Positions 34,978-42,946 of a stretch of 42,946 bases of DNA are shown here, in pieces. Below the pieces are notes generated by a model. That model saw nothing but the letters and a program-made list of their open reading frames with translations, was not told where the DNA came from and searched no databases. The stretch comes from Gemmatimonadota bacterium (GTDB taxonomy: Bacteria > Gemmatimonadota > Gemmatimonadetes > Gemmatimonadales > Gemmatimonadaceae). The stretch spans positions 1 through 42,946 of the forward strand of contig JANMLN010000028.1 of NCBI GenBank assembly GCA_031372565.1, given 5' to 3'. The translations under genes and the position numbers were made by a program. Positions within the stretch are counted from its first letter, which is position 1, and every line of letters starts with the position of its first letter.

Positions 34978-35253
34978 GTGCGTTGGCGACCCTATAGCGG
35001 CTATCGCATCGACAAGCCTGGCATGCGAACCTTCCTGGAGGATCCGACTGTCGGCGAGTTCGCCAAGGCGCGTCGCTTCTACGGCTGCGTCTGGGCAACA
35101 GACGGTGGCTTTGTCGGCTACTTCGAAGTGCCAGAACCAGGACAGCTCGACGATGTCGAGGTCGGCCCCTTCCCTATCGAGGCTGACGCGCGGCGTGCGG
35201 TGGAAGCTGGCTTGCTTGCCAGTCGGACCGAGCGCGTCGGAATTGGGGTCTGA
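34978..35253 (+). CDS. Hypothetical protein (91 aa)
   Basis: GTG preceded by AGGAGG at 6 nt. Normal globular composition. Confidence 0.6.
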   Translation: MRWRPYSGYRIDKPGMRTFLEDPTVGEFAKARRFYGCVWATDGGFVGYFEVPEPGQLDDVEVGPFPIEADARRAVEAGLLASRTERVGIGV

Positions 35254-35339
35254 CGCAGGTGAAGCTCACAGCCAGGCCTCGCCCCGGCGCCCGCCCGAGC
35301 AGGACCGCCGCCGAACCCACGGCGCACTAGGATTCAAAC

Positions 35340-35573
35340 GTGGAATTCGACATTATCGGCCCCATAACACAGATTCAGACTTTCGCCGTCGGCGCGGCCA
35401 TTCGCGAAATCGAGCGGCTGCGGCGCATCTACGGACCTGGACGTTGGCGCAAGCGAAAGGGCATCGCGCGCATCAGGCTAACGGATGGCTCGCTCCACCG
35501 CGCTGAACTCCACTGGTACGAGGCGAGCGGCGTCGGCCGCCGCGAGTACAAGATCAAAGCCTACCTCGACTAG
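35340..35573 (+). CDS. Small basic hypothetical protein (77 aa), putative toxin of a two-gene module
   Basis: IRE..RL...YG.GRWRKRKG.A...AELHWYEA.GVGRRE.KIK. GTG start with AGGA upstream. Confidence 0.75.
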   Translation: MEFDIIGPITQIQTFAVGAAIREIERLRRIYGPGRWRKRKGIARIRLTDGSLHRAELHWYEASGVGRREYKIKAYLD

Positions 35574-35583
35574 ATTCCTGACC

Positions 35584-35808
35584 ATGGCCACTCCGCGTCG
35601 GCTCGTGCTGTGTCTCCGCAACAAGGGCTTCGAGGTCTCCCTCGAGCGCCGCAAGATCTATCAAGTCGTACCGGACCGCGTGGCGGCGCAGCACCAGCAG
35701 CTGCGCGTCATCGACGAGTCCGGCGAGGACTACCTGTACCCCAAGTCATTCTTCGCGCCCATCGTCCTGCCGCAACGACTTCGCCGCGCCGTGCTGGCTG
35801 AAGCCTGA
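35584..35808 (+). CDS. Small hypothetical protein (74 aa), putative antitoxin/immunity partner
   Basis: SLERRKIY...RVIDESGEDYLYP..FF. Starts 10 nt after the upstream stop. Confidence 0.75.
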   Translation: MATPRRLVLCLRNKGFEVSLERRKIYQVVPDRVAAQHQQLRVIDESGEDYLYPKSFFAPIVLPQRLRRAVLAEA

Positions 35809-35833
35809 GTCAGTCTCGAGCAACCAAACAAGC

Positions 35834-35871
35834 AACGCCGCGGTGAGCCAAGGAGGGCTCGCCGCGGCGTT
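35834..35871. terminator. Intrinsic (probably bidirectional) terminator hairpin
   Basis: 16-bp stem aacgccgcggtgagcc / ggctcgccgcggcgtt with a 6-nt loop, between convergent genes. T-rich tail on the minus strand. Confidence 0.75.
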
Positions 35872-35900
35872 CGTGACTTGTGCTGGCTCTTGAGTGTTCG

Positions 35901-37310
35901 CTACGGCGTCACGCCGCCCGTCGCCAACTGCTTCACCATCGCATACCAGAACTCCGTCGCATCATTGAACGACTTCACCCCCACGCGCTCCTCCTGCCCG
36001 TGCGCGCGGCTCGGCTCGCTCTGCTCCCCGAACTGCGCACTCACGCCGTACGTCGGGATCCCTGCGTTTCGCGTGAACACCCCGTCCGTCGCCCCCGTGC
36101 TCATCTCCGGAATCACCGCGGCCCCCGGAAAGCGCTCGGCCGTCAGCTTGGTGAACACCCCCATCACGTCCGCGCGCAGCGGCGACACCGGGCCGCCCAC
36201 CACGTCCCAGTTCTTGGTCACCTTGAGCTTGGCGCCCACCACCCGCTGGATCACCGCCATCACCGAATCGGTCGGGTCATCGGGCAGCATGCGACAGTTG
36301 ATGTTCGCGCCGGCACGCTGTGGCAGCGCGTTGTCGGCATGCCCGCCGTCGAGCAGTGTTGCCACGCATGTCGTCCGCATCACCGAGCTCCAATAGCCGT
36401 TCATCGCAGCCAGCTTGGCCGCCGCGTCCAGGTCAATCGGATCGCCGGCAACCTTGAGCATCAGCGCCGCAACCTCGGGCGTCTGCGTAGCCGACCCCTG
36501 CTTGAAGAAGGCGCGCGTCACTTCGTTCAAGCGTACCGGAAAGGTGTGCTTGCTGAACGCGGCCAATCCCTCGGCCAGTTCATAAATGGCGTTGTCGGCG
36601 CGCGGCACGGAGCTGTGCCCGCCGCGATTGGTGGCCTCGACGCGGAAGTTCGCGTACACCTTCTCGCTCGCCTGCACGGTGTTGGCCACCGGCCGTCCCT
36701 TGTCGAGCGCGCCGCCGCCGCCGTCGGTATTCAGCGCGTACTCGGCGTCGATCTTGTCGCGGTGGTTCTTGAGCAGCCACGACATCGACTTGCCTTCCGT
36801 CTCTTCGTCCGCCGAGAGCACGACCACGATGTCGCGATCCGGCATCCACTTCTCGCGCTTCCAGCGGATCATGTTCTGGATCAGGTTGGCCGCGCCCGAC
36901 TTGTTGTCGTCGGAACCGCGCCCGTAGTACCAGCCGCCCTCTTCCTTGAACGTGAACGGATCGAAGGGCCAGTCCTTCGGGTTCGCGGCCACGGCATCAA
37001 TGTGCGCCATGAGCAGGATCGGCTTCTTGCCGGTCTTGCGACCGCGCAGTGTGGCAACCACCGCGGTCATCTCAGCCTTGGGGCCGAGCAGCAGCACATC
37101 GGCCGCGGGGTACCCCGCCTTGAGCAGCCGGTTGCGCATGGCCACCGCGGCCTTCTGCACACCGAGCGTGCCGCTGGTGGAGTTGATGTTGACGAGCTCG
37201 CGGAGGATGTCGCGCGCTTCGCGCTGGTCGGCGGTGAGCGTGGGGGCCTGAGCGCGAGCCGTGGAGGCAGCGGCGAGAAGGAGCGCGAGGGCGAGGGTCG
37301 GGCGGCGCAT
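35901..37310 (-). CDS. Secreted M20/M25/M40 family metallopeptidase
   Basis: MAHIDAV, GRGSDDNK, ADEE, GGHSS, GATDG, RAHG.EER. Signal peptide present. Confidence 0.9.
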   Translation of the reverse strand: MRRPTLALALLLAAASTARAQAPTLTADQREARDILRELVNINSTSGTLGVQKAAVAMRNRLLKAGYPAADVLLLGPKAEMTAVVATLRGRKTGKKPILLMAHIDAVAANPKDWPFDPFTFKEEGGWYYGRGSDDNKSGAANLIQNMIRWKREKWMPDRDIVVVLSADEETEGKSMSWLLKNHRDKIDAEYALNTDGGGGALDKGRPVANTVQASEKVYANFRVEATNRGGHSSVPRADNAIYELAEGLAAFSKHTFPVRLNEVTRAFFKQGSATQTPEVAALMLKVAGDPIDLDAAAKLAAMNGYWSSVMRTTCVATLLDGGHADNALPQRAGANINCRMLPDDPTDSVMAVIQRVVGAKLKVTKNWDVVGGPVSPLRADVMGVFTKLTAERFPGAAVIPEMSTGATDGVFTRNAGIPTYGVSAQFGEQSEPSRAHGQEERVGVKSFNDATEFWYAMVKQLATGGVTP

Positions 37311-37433
37311 CGGGGTCGGGAAGGGGAGGCGGGAGGGGTGCAAGGAAAGGATACGCTCTGGGAGGGAATGCGCTACCAGTTTCGGCCGACTGCTGTACCG
37401 TAGGGGAGTCCACTCACCACTTCGGGAGGTCGT

Positions 37434-37640
37434 GTGTCGGTCTTCACTGCAGTCATCGTTCAGGATTCAACCGGCGGATACGTGGGTCACGTGCCGGGAT
37501 GGCCAGGAGCGCACTCGCAGGGCGAGACGCTGGATGAGCTCCGCGACAACCTCCGCGAAGTCGTCGCGCTCTTGCTCGAGAGCGGTGCGTCGGAGTTGGA
37601 GGCGCGGTTCGTCGGCACGCTCACCGTGGAGGTTCCATGA
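37434..37640 (+). CDS. hicB: HicB-family antitoxin (short, orphan)
   Basis: FTAVI....GGYVG.VP..PGAHSQGETLDELRDNLRE...L.LE. SD gggagg upstream. Confidence 0.85.
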   Translation: MSVFTAVIVQDSTGGYVGHVPGWPGAHSQGETLDELRDNLREVVALLLESGASELEARFVGTLTVEVP

Positions 37641-37694
37641 GCATGCGGACCCGCATCGCGTGGGCGTGGCATCAGGAGCCCCGCACTCGCGAGA

Positions 37695-37723
37695 TTGACA
37701 CGCGTCACGTGACACGTTACACT
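37695..37723 (+). promoter_or_regulatory. Sigma70 promoter of higBA with palindromic operator in the spacer
   Basis: TTGACA (37695-37700), N17, TACACT (37718-37723). Near-perfect palindrome ACGCGTCAC|GTGACACGT at 37700-37717. Confidence 0.75.
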
Positions 37724-37728
37724 CTACC

Positions 37729-38010
37729 GTGATCCGGTCATTCGCGGATCACCGGACCGAGTCGTTGTTCACGACGGGCACGGCACGCGGCGTGCCTCCG
37801 GACATCGCCCGGCGCGCCTACCAGAAGTTGCAGTTGGTCGATCTGGCTGCGAGCGTGCTCGACCTGCGGACGCCCGCCGGCAATCGCCTGCACGCGCTCA
37901 AGCGGGATCGGAAGGGTCAGTTCGCGATTGCCGTCAACGACCAATGGCGTATCTGCTTCCAGATCTCGGATGGCGATGCATTCGACGTGGAGTTGTGTGA
38001 CTATCACTAA
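37729..38010 (+). CDS. higB: HigB (RelE/ParE superfamily) toxin
   Basis: MIRSF....TE.LF, DLR.P.GNRLHALK.DRKGQ.AI.VNDQWRICF, DVE..DYH. Confidence 0.93.
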   Translation: MIRSFADHRTESLFTTGTARGVPPDIARRAYQKLQLVDLAASVLDLRTPAGNRLHALKRDRKGQFAIAVNDQWRICFQISDGDAFDVELCDYH

Positions 38011-38025
38011 CCGAAGAGACGTGTC

Positions 38026-38340
38026 ATGAGCATCCCCAACACGCGTCCCCGGATTCATCGCCCCTCGCATCCCGGCGAGCTGCTCCGCGAGCTGTTCCTT
38101 CCGGATCATCAGCTGAGCGCCACGAGCCTCGCCAAGGCAGTCGGTGTATCCCGGCAGTCGGTCAACGAGTTGCTCCGTGAGCGTCGAGCACTGAGCCCCG
38201 ACATGGCGCTCCGCCTCGCCAAGCTCTTCGGGACCTCGGCCGACCTCTGGCTCAACATGCAGCGCGCGGTCGACCTCTGGGATGCACAGCGGAAGTCCAA
38301 GGCAGCCATCGCGCGGATCAAGCCGCTTCAAGCCGCCTAA
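38026..38340 (+). CDS. higA: HigA antitoxin (HTH)
   Basis: PSHPGELLRE.FL, LAKAVGVSRQSVNEL, MALRLAKLFGTS..LWLNMQ. Confidence 0.93.
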   Translation: MSIPNTRPRIHRPSHPGELLRELFLPDHQLSATSLAKAVGVSRQSVNELLRERRALSPDMALRLAKLFGTSADLWLNMQRAVDLWDAQRKSKAAIARIKPLQAA

Positions 38341-38440
38341 GCAGTATCGGGGCCCCCGTCCTCCCCCTCCCTCTGGCGACCCTCCCCTCCCGGGCCGAAC
38401 TTTGACCACGCGCGCCCCGCCGTGCTTCAAGGAGCCCCCG

Positions 38441-39775
38441 ATGTCCGCCAAAGACTACCCCCGCATCGTCGTCCACCCGCCCGGCCCCAAGGCCCAGGCC
38501 ATCGTGGACCGCGACGCCGAGTGGACGAGCAGCTGCTACATCAAGGAGTACCCGCTCGTCATCGACCGCGGGCTCGGCGCGATGGTCGAAGATGTCGATG
38601 GTAACCGCTTCCTCGACTTCATGGCCGGCATCGCGGTGAGCAGTACGGGCTACGCGCACCCCAAGGTCGTGAAAGCGGTGCAGGACGCCGCCGCGCGCTT
38701 CATGCACATCTGCGGCTCCGACTTCTACTTCGAGGGGATGGCCGAGATCTGCGAGCGGCTGGTCAAGCTCGCGCCGGGCACGGACAAGAAGCGCGTCTTC
38801 CTGTCGAACTCCGGCACCGAGGCCGTCGAAGGCGCGATCAAGCTCGCGCGCCACTCCACGCGCCGCACGGCGATCATCGCCTTCAAGGGCGCGTTTCATG
38901 GGCGCACCACGGGCTCGCTTGCGCTGACCTCGAGCAAGGCGCGGCAGCACGGCGGCTTCGGGCCGCTGCTCCCCGATGTGCACCACGTGCCGTTCGGCAG
39001 CTGCTACCGCTGCGAATACAAGCTGAGCTACCCGAGTTGCGAACTCGCCTGTGTGAGTGCGATCGAGAACGATCTGCTCTATCGCCATCTCGATCCGCGC
39101 GATGTCGCGGCCATCTTCGTTGAGCCCATTCAAGGCGAAGGCGGCTACATCGTGCCGCCCAAAGGGTGGCTCACGGCGATTCGCGCGCTGTGCGACAAGC
39201 ACGGGATTCTCCTCGTGGCCGACGAGATTCAGAGCGGCATCGGTCGCACGGGCAAGATGTTCGCGTGCGAACATGATGATGTAGTCCCCGACATCGTCCT
39301 CACCGCGAAGGGCCTCGCTTCCGGCATGCCGCTCGGCGCGATCATCGCCAAGGAGAGCATCACGACCTGGGAGAATGGCTCGCACGGCTCCACCTTCGGC
39401 GGCAACCCGGTGTGCATCGCCGCCGCGCTCGCCACGCTCGACCTGGTCGAAGGCGGACTCATGGCGAATGCCGCCACGCGTGGCGCCGAGCTGATGACAG
39501 GCTTGCGCTCGCTGCAGGCCAAGCATGCGTGCATCGGCGATGTGCGCGGGCAAGGGCTCATGATCGGCATCGACTTCGTGAAGGACCGTGCGACGCGCGT
39601 GCCCGACAAGGTCATGGTGCACAACGTCGAACGGCGTGCGTTCCAGCGGGGGCTGCTCACGCTGTCGTGCGGCGCCAGCACGCTGCGGCTGGCACCACCG
39701 CTCACGATCGATGCGGGCGACGTGACAATCGCGCTCGATATCCTGGACCAGACCATTCACGAACTGACGGCCTGA
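38441..39775 (+). CDS. Class III PLP aminotransferase (acetylornithine/4-aminobutyrate family)
   Basis: DVDGN.FLDF, NSGTEAVE, FHGRT, EPIQGEGG, ADEIQSG.GRTG, AKGLASG, STFGGNP. SD aaggag upstream. Confidence 0.92.
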   Translation: MSAKDYPRIVVHPPGPKAQAIVDRDAEWTSSCYIKEYPLVIDRGLGAMVEDVDGNRFLDFMAGIAVSSTGYAHPKVVKAVQDAAARFMHICGSDFYFEGMAEICERLVKLAPGTDKKRVFLSNSGTEAVEGAIKLARHSTRRTAIIAFKGAFHGRTTGSLALTSSKARQHGGFGPLLPDVHHVPFGSCYRCEYKLSYPSCELACVSAIENDLLYRHLDPRDVAAIFVEPIQGEGGYIVPPKGWLTAIRALCDKHGILLVADEIQSGIGRTGKMFACEHDDVVPDIVLTAKGLASGMPLGAIIAKESITTWENGSHGSTFGGNPVCIAAALATLDLVEGGLMANAATRGAELMTGLRSLQAKHACIGDVRGQGLMIGIDFVKDRATRVPDKVMVHNVERRAFQRGLLTLSCGASTLRLAPPLTIDAGDVTIALDILDQTIHELTA

Positions 39776-39800
39776 GCGTGCTCGTACGCGAGGCACGCCC

Positions 39801-40703
39801 GTGAGCAAGCTCGTCACCATGCACGATGCCATCGCGGCCAACGTCCGCGACGGCGACAGCGTGATCATCGAGGGGTTCACGCACCTGATCGCGTTCTCCG
39901 CCGGCCACGAGATCATTCGCCAGAAGCGGCGTGACCTCACGCTCTGTCGTCTCACGCCGGATCTCATCTACGACCAGATGATCGCGGCGGGCTGTGCGCG
40001 AAAGCTCGTCTTCAGCTGGGCGGGGAATCCCGGCGCTGGTTCGCTCTTCGCCTTCCGCCGCGCCGTCGAGGGCAAGGGGCCGCCGCTCGAACTCGAGGAG
40101 TACTCGCACTTCGGGATGGTCGCGCGCCTGTCTGCTGGCGCGGCGCACTTGCCCTTCTGGACGCTGCGCAACTACGGCGGCACCGATCTTCCGGTCGCCA
40201 ACCCGCGCATCAAGCGCATCACCTGTCCGTACACGGGTGAGGAATTGGCCACGGTGCCCGCACTCAACCCCGATGTCGCCATCGTGCATGTGCAGCGCGC
40301 CGACATCAATGGCAACGCGCAAGTGTGGGGCTTGCTCGGCACGCAGAAGGAAGCGGCGTTCGCATCGAAGCGCGTGATCGTCGTGTGCGAGGAGATCGTG
40401 GATGAAGCGGTGATTCGTGCCGATCCCAACCGGACGATCATTCCCGGCATGATCGTGAGCGCCGTGGTGCACGAACCGTGGGGGGCGCACCCGAGCTACG
40501 CGCAGGGGTTCTACGATCGCGACAACGACTTCTACGTGAACTGGGAGCAGGTCGCGCGCGAGGAAGCGTCGCTGGCGCGTTGGCTCGACGAGTGGGTGTA
40601 TGGCGTGAAGGATCGTGCGGAGTACATGGCCAGGCAGCTCGGTCTGCGTGAGCGGCTCACGGCGAAGTCGAAGCCGAGCGGTGTGGTGGATTATGGCTAC
40701 TGA
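39801..40703 (+). CDS. Family I CoA-transferase alpha subunit (glutaconate/3-oxoadipate type)
   Basis: EGFTHLI.F.AGHEIIRQ, TPDLIYDQ, FSW.GNPG, HVQRAD..GN, GAHPS. Confidence 0.88.
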   Translation: MSKLVTMHDAIAANVRDGDSVIIEGFTHLIAFSAGHEIIRQKRRDLTLCRLTPDLIYDQMIAAGCARKLVFSWAGNPGAGSLFAFRRAVEGKGPPLELEEYSHFGMVARLSAGAAHLPFWTLRNYGGTDLPVANPRIKRITCPYTGEELATVPALNPDVAIVHVQRADINGNAQVWGLLGTQKEAAFASKRVIVVCEEIVDEAVIRADPNRTIIPGMIVSAVVHEPWGAHPSYAQGFYDRDNDFYVNWEQVAREEASLARWLDEWVYGVKDRAEYMARQLGLRERLTAKSKPSGVVDYGY

Positions 40704-41487
40704 CGTCGTGACGGCTGCGCCCGCGTATACGCCCAAGGAGCTGATGGCCTGCGTCGCCGCTCGCGAGCTGCGCGACGGAGACGTCGTGTTTGTCGGGATC
40801 GGGCTCCCGAATCTCGCCTGCAACCTCGCTCGCGCCACGCACGCGCCGAAGCTGCTGCTCATCTACGAGTCTGGCGCGGTGGGCGCGGTGCCCGAGCGGC
40901 TTCCGGTGTCCATTGGCGACCCGGCGCTCGTGACTGGCGCGCTGATGGTCGCCACCATGGCCGACATCTTCCAGTCGTTTCTGCAGGCGGGCCGCATTGA
41001 AGTCGGCTTTCTCGGTGGCGCGCAGGTGGATCGATGGGGGAACATCAACACGACGGTCGTGGGCGGCGACTACGCGCATCCGAAGGTGCGGTTGCCGGGC
41101 AGCGGAGGCGCGGCCGAGATCGCGGTGCATGCCAAGCGGCTGCTCATCATCGGGGCGCTGTCGCCGCGCATGTTCCCCGCCGAGGTGGACTTCGTGACGA
41201 GTCCCGGCAATCGGTATCGCGGCACGCCGCGGAGCGCGTTCAAGCATCCAGGCGCGGGGCCCAGGCGCGTGATCACCGATCGCGCGATTCTCGAGGCGAA
41301 CGAGGAGACGGGTGAACTCGAGTTGAGCGCGCTGTATCCGGGTGAGACGGTGGACGGCGTGCGCGCGCAGGTGGGGTGGCCGCTGGTGGTGCGCGCGGCG
41401 CTCGGTGCGGTGGAGCCGCCGAGCGCGCGGGAGCTCATGTTGTTGCGTGAGGTGCTGGATCCGAAGCGGCTGTTTCTGAAGGGGTGA
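40693..41487 (+). CDS. Family I CoA-transferase beta subunit
   Basis: FVGIGLP, LIYESG (catalytic Glu), FLGGAQVD.WGNINTT, RLPGSGGA. Confidence 0.88.
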   Translation: MATDVVTAAPAYTPKELMACVAARELRDGDVVFVGIGLPNLACNLARATHAPKLLLIYESGAVGAVPERLPVSIGDPALVTGALMVATMADIFQSFLQAGRIEVGFLGGAQVDRWGNINTTVVGGDYAHPKVRLPGSGGAAEIAVHAKRLLIIGALSPRMFPAEVDFVTSPGNRYRGTPRSAFKHPGAGPRRVITDRAILEANEETGELELSALYPGETVDGVRAQVGWPLVVRAALGAVEPPSARELMLLREVLDPKRLFLKG

Positions 41488-41498
41488 CGGGCGTCCGT

Positions 41499-41915
41499 TC
41501 AGGCACCAAGAATGGCGAAGCCGACCGAGCGGGCGGCGCGTGCCAACGCAAGATCGTGCGTCGCAAAAGCAATCGGTTCCATGGTGCGGTCGCGGTAGAG
41601 CATCGCGGAACTCAAGTGCAGTGCGTCCAGCGTTCCAAGCGGGGTCGGGAACGGCTGCGAGGCCCGCTCAAGGACGCTGGCATCAAGGTCGATATGCTCG
41701 CACCGCTCGACGACATGGAACACGGCCTCGCGCCGGCGCGCGAGCCCTTCGCCATCGAGGACGCCCGTCACGGCCATGCGATCGAGCGTGCGTAGCGACT
41801 CCACCCGAAGGAGGGGACTGACGACAGGACGCGAGACCTGTCGCCACTCGCGCAGCGCACCCGCTTCTCCCAGCACCACGCGCAGTACCACTGAAGAGTC
41901 GAGGTACGCGATCAT
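41499..41915 (-). CDS. vapC: PIN-domain (VapC-like) toxin
   Basis: AYLDSS, RVE, LGTLDALHL, FATHD..L..AA...GF. Confidence 0.88.
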   Translation of the reverse strand: MIAYLDSSVVLRVVLGEAGALREWRQVSRPVVSPLLRVESLRTLDRMAVTGVLDGEGLARRREAVFHVVERCEHIDLDASVLERASQPFPTPLGTLDALHLSSAMLYRDRTMEPIAFATHDLALARAARSVGFAILGA

Positions 41916-42175
41916 CGATGCGACTGTCGCTCCTCGGCCAGGAACTTGAGCACGTCGGTCTTGACCTTGAGTGGCGGCGGCATCTTGAGGCCGGCGAAAC
42001 CAAGTATGCCACTGGTCGGCGGCCGCACGAGAATGCCTGCGTTCGCCGGCCTCAGCGGCACGAGCTCCGCCACGGGAGTACCGCGGTCGAGCACCGTCAG
42101 GCTACGCCCCCCGCGCACGTAGCGGAGGTGCTCGCTCAGGCGGGCCTTCAAGTCTGCGAGGCCTACGCGCTTCAT
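41912..42175 (-). CDS. Phd/YefM-family antitoxin
   Basis: VGLADLKARLSEHLRYVRGG....VLDRGTPVAELVP. ATGA overlap with the toxin gene. Confidence 0.88.
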   Translation of the reverse strand: MKRVGLADLKARLSEHLRYVRGGRSLTVLDRGTPVAELVPLRPANAGILVRPPTSGILGFAGLKMPPPLKVKTDVLKFLAEERQSHR

Positions 42176-42201
42176 GACCACAACATGGTCACGACTGGTC
42201 A
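42175..42201. promoter_or_regulatory. Putative antitoxin operator (TGACCA repeats)
   Basis: TGACCA-N5-TGGTCA at 42175-42191 and another TGGTCA at 42196-42201, abutting the start codon. Confidence 0.5.
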
Positions 42202-42240
42202 CTTTGCACAAGCGGTCAAAAGCTTGCGGCGTCGCGGCGA

Positions 42241-42946
42241 CTACTTCGTCACCGCCCCCTTCCGCCCCGCCCCCGCCACCGGCTTCCCCTTCGCCAGCAT
42301 TTCGGGCAGCTCCCCCGCCACGTACGACGCCACCGCCATCGCGGCCACGCACAGCGTGAACTCGCGCGACGTCAGCTTGTCCATCGTGTCACCATCCGTG
42401 TGGTGATACCAGAAGTACTTGGATTCGCCCACATCCACCTCGAGCCCCGGTACGCCGAACTCCACGAGCGGCGTGATGTCTGCGCCGGGCGAGCCCGCTG
42501 CGCGATGGAGCGAGCCCGCGCCAATCCGGTCGAGCAGCGGCGCGATCTGCGCAATCACCTTGTACGCGGCATCGCTCGCGCCCACCTCGAAGCCGACCGG
42601 CTTGAAGACGCCACCATCCGATTCGATGGCGAGCACATGCTTGGCCAGTTCGGCCTCATGCGCCTTCGCGTAACCGTTTCCGCCACGCAGTCCGTTCTCT
42701 TCGTTGGTCCACGCCACCAGGCGAATCGTCCTGCGCGGCGTGATGCCAAGCCGCTTCATCAGGCGAAGGACCTCCCACGCCGCCACCACGCCACCACCGT
42801 CGTCCATCGCGCCCTGACCCACATCCCACGAGTCGATGTGGCCGCCCATCACCACAATCTCCTCGGGCTTCTCGCGGCCGCGCAACTCACCCATCACATT
42901 GTGGCTTTGTGCGTCGGGCAGCATCTGTGCGCTCATCTTGAGCGTC
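42241..42946 (-). CDS. M28 family peptidase (carboxypeptidase Q-like), 5'-truncated by the window edge
   Basis: GGHIDSWDVGQGAMDDGGG, NEENG, ESDGG, YHHT..DT.DK. Confidence 0.9.
   Translation of the reverse strand, partial: TLKMSAQMLPDAQSHNVMGELRGREKPEEIVVMGGHIDSWDVGQGAMDDGGGVVAAWEVLRLMKRLGITPRRTIRLVAWTNEENGLRGGNGYAKAHEAELAKHVLAIESDGGVFKPVGFEVGASDAAYKVIAQIAPLLDRIGAGSLHRAAGSPGADITPLVEFGVPGLEVDVGESKYFWYHHTDGDTMDKLTSREFTLCVAAMAVASYVAGELPEMLAKGKPVAGAGRKGAVTK

Noticed and set aside
42176..42352. 146-aa version of the Phd antitoxin
   Set aside because: The Gly-rich extension is an out-of-frame read of the peptidase 3' end. The Phd domain starts at 42175.

Overview
High-GC bacterial chromosomal segment. 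The many secreted peptidases and the codon style tentatively suggest a Gemmatimonadota-like organism. I saw no rRNA, tRNA, CRISPR, integrase or transposase. The left half (0.1-25 kb) encodes arginase, a TlpA-like redoxin, a Spy/CpxP-like protein, an HxlR/F420-reductase pair, a two-gene pilin-like unit with a sigma54 site, four AbgB-like M20 amidohydrolases (three in tandem), an APC permease, an acyltransferase and a molybdoenzyme operon. A ~30-bp REP-like palindrome (GTCRTCCTGAGCGAAGCGAAGGAYCTGCTT) occurs 10 times in the first 19.2 kb and shows compensatory base changes. It sits in-frame in the N-terminal signal regions of three secreted proteins and brackets one small gene as an inverted pair. 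A lower-GC island at ~25.1-31.9 kb encodes a C5 DNA methyltransferase divergent from a MORC/GHKL ATPase, a Z1 helicase and a DUF4420-type nuclease, plus a small unknown gene. It resembles an Mza-type restriction-like defence module with no AIPR or Vsr gene. The right part (34.5-42.2 kb) is rich in toxin-antitoxin genes: intact HigBA and Phd-VapC, orphan antitoxins with apparently decayed toxins, and an uncharacterised TA-like pair. These are interspersed with peptidases, a class III aminotransferase and a CoA-transferase.
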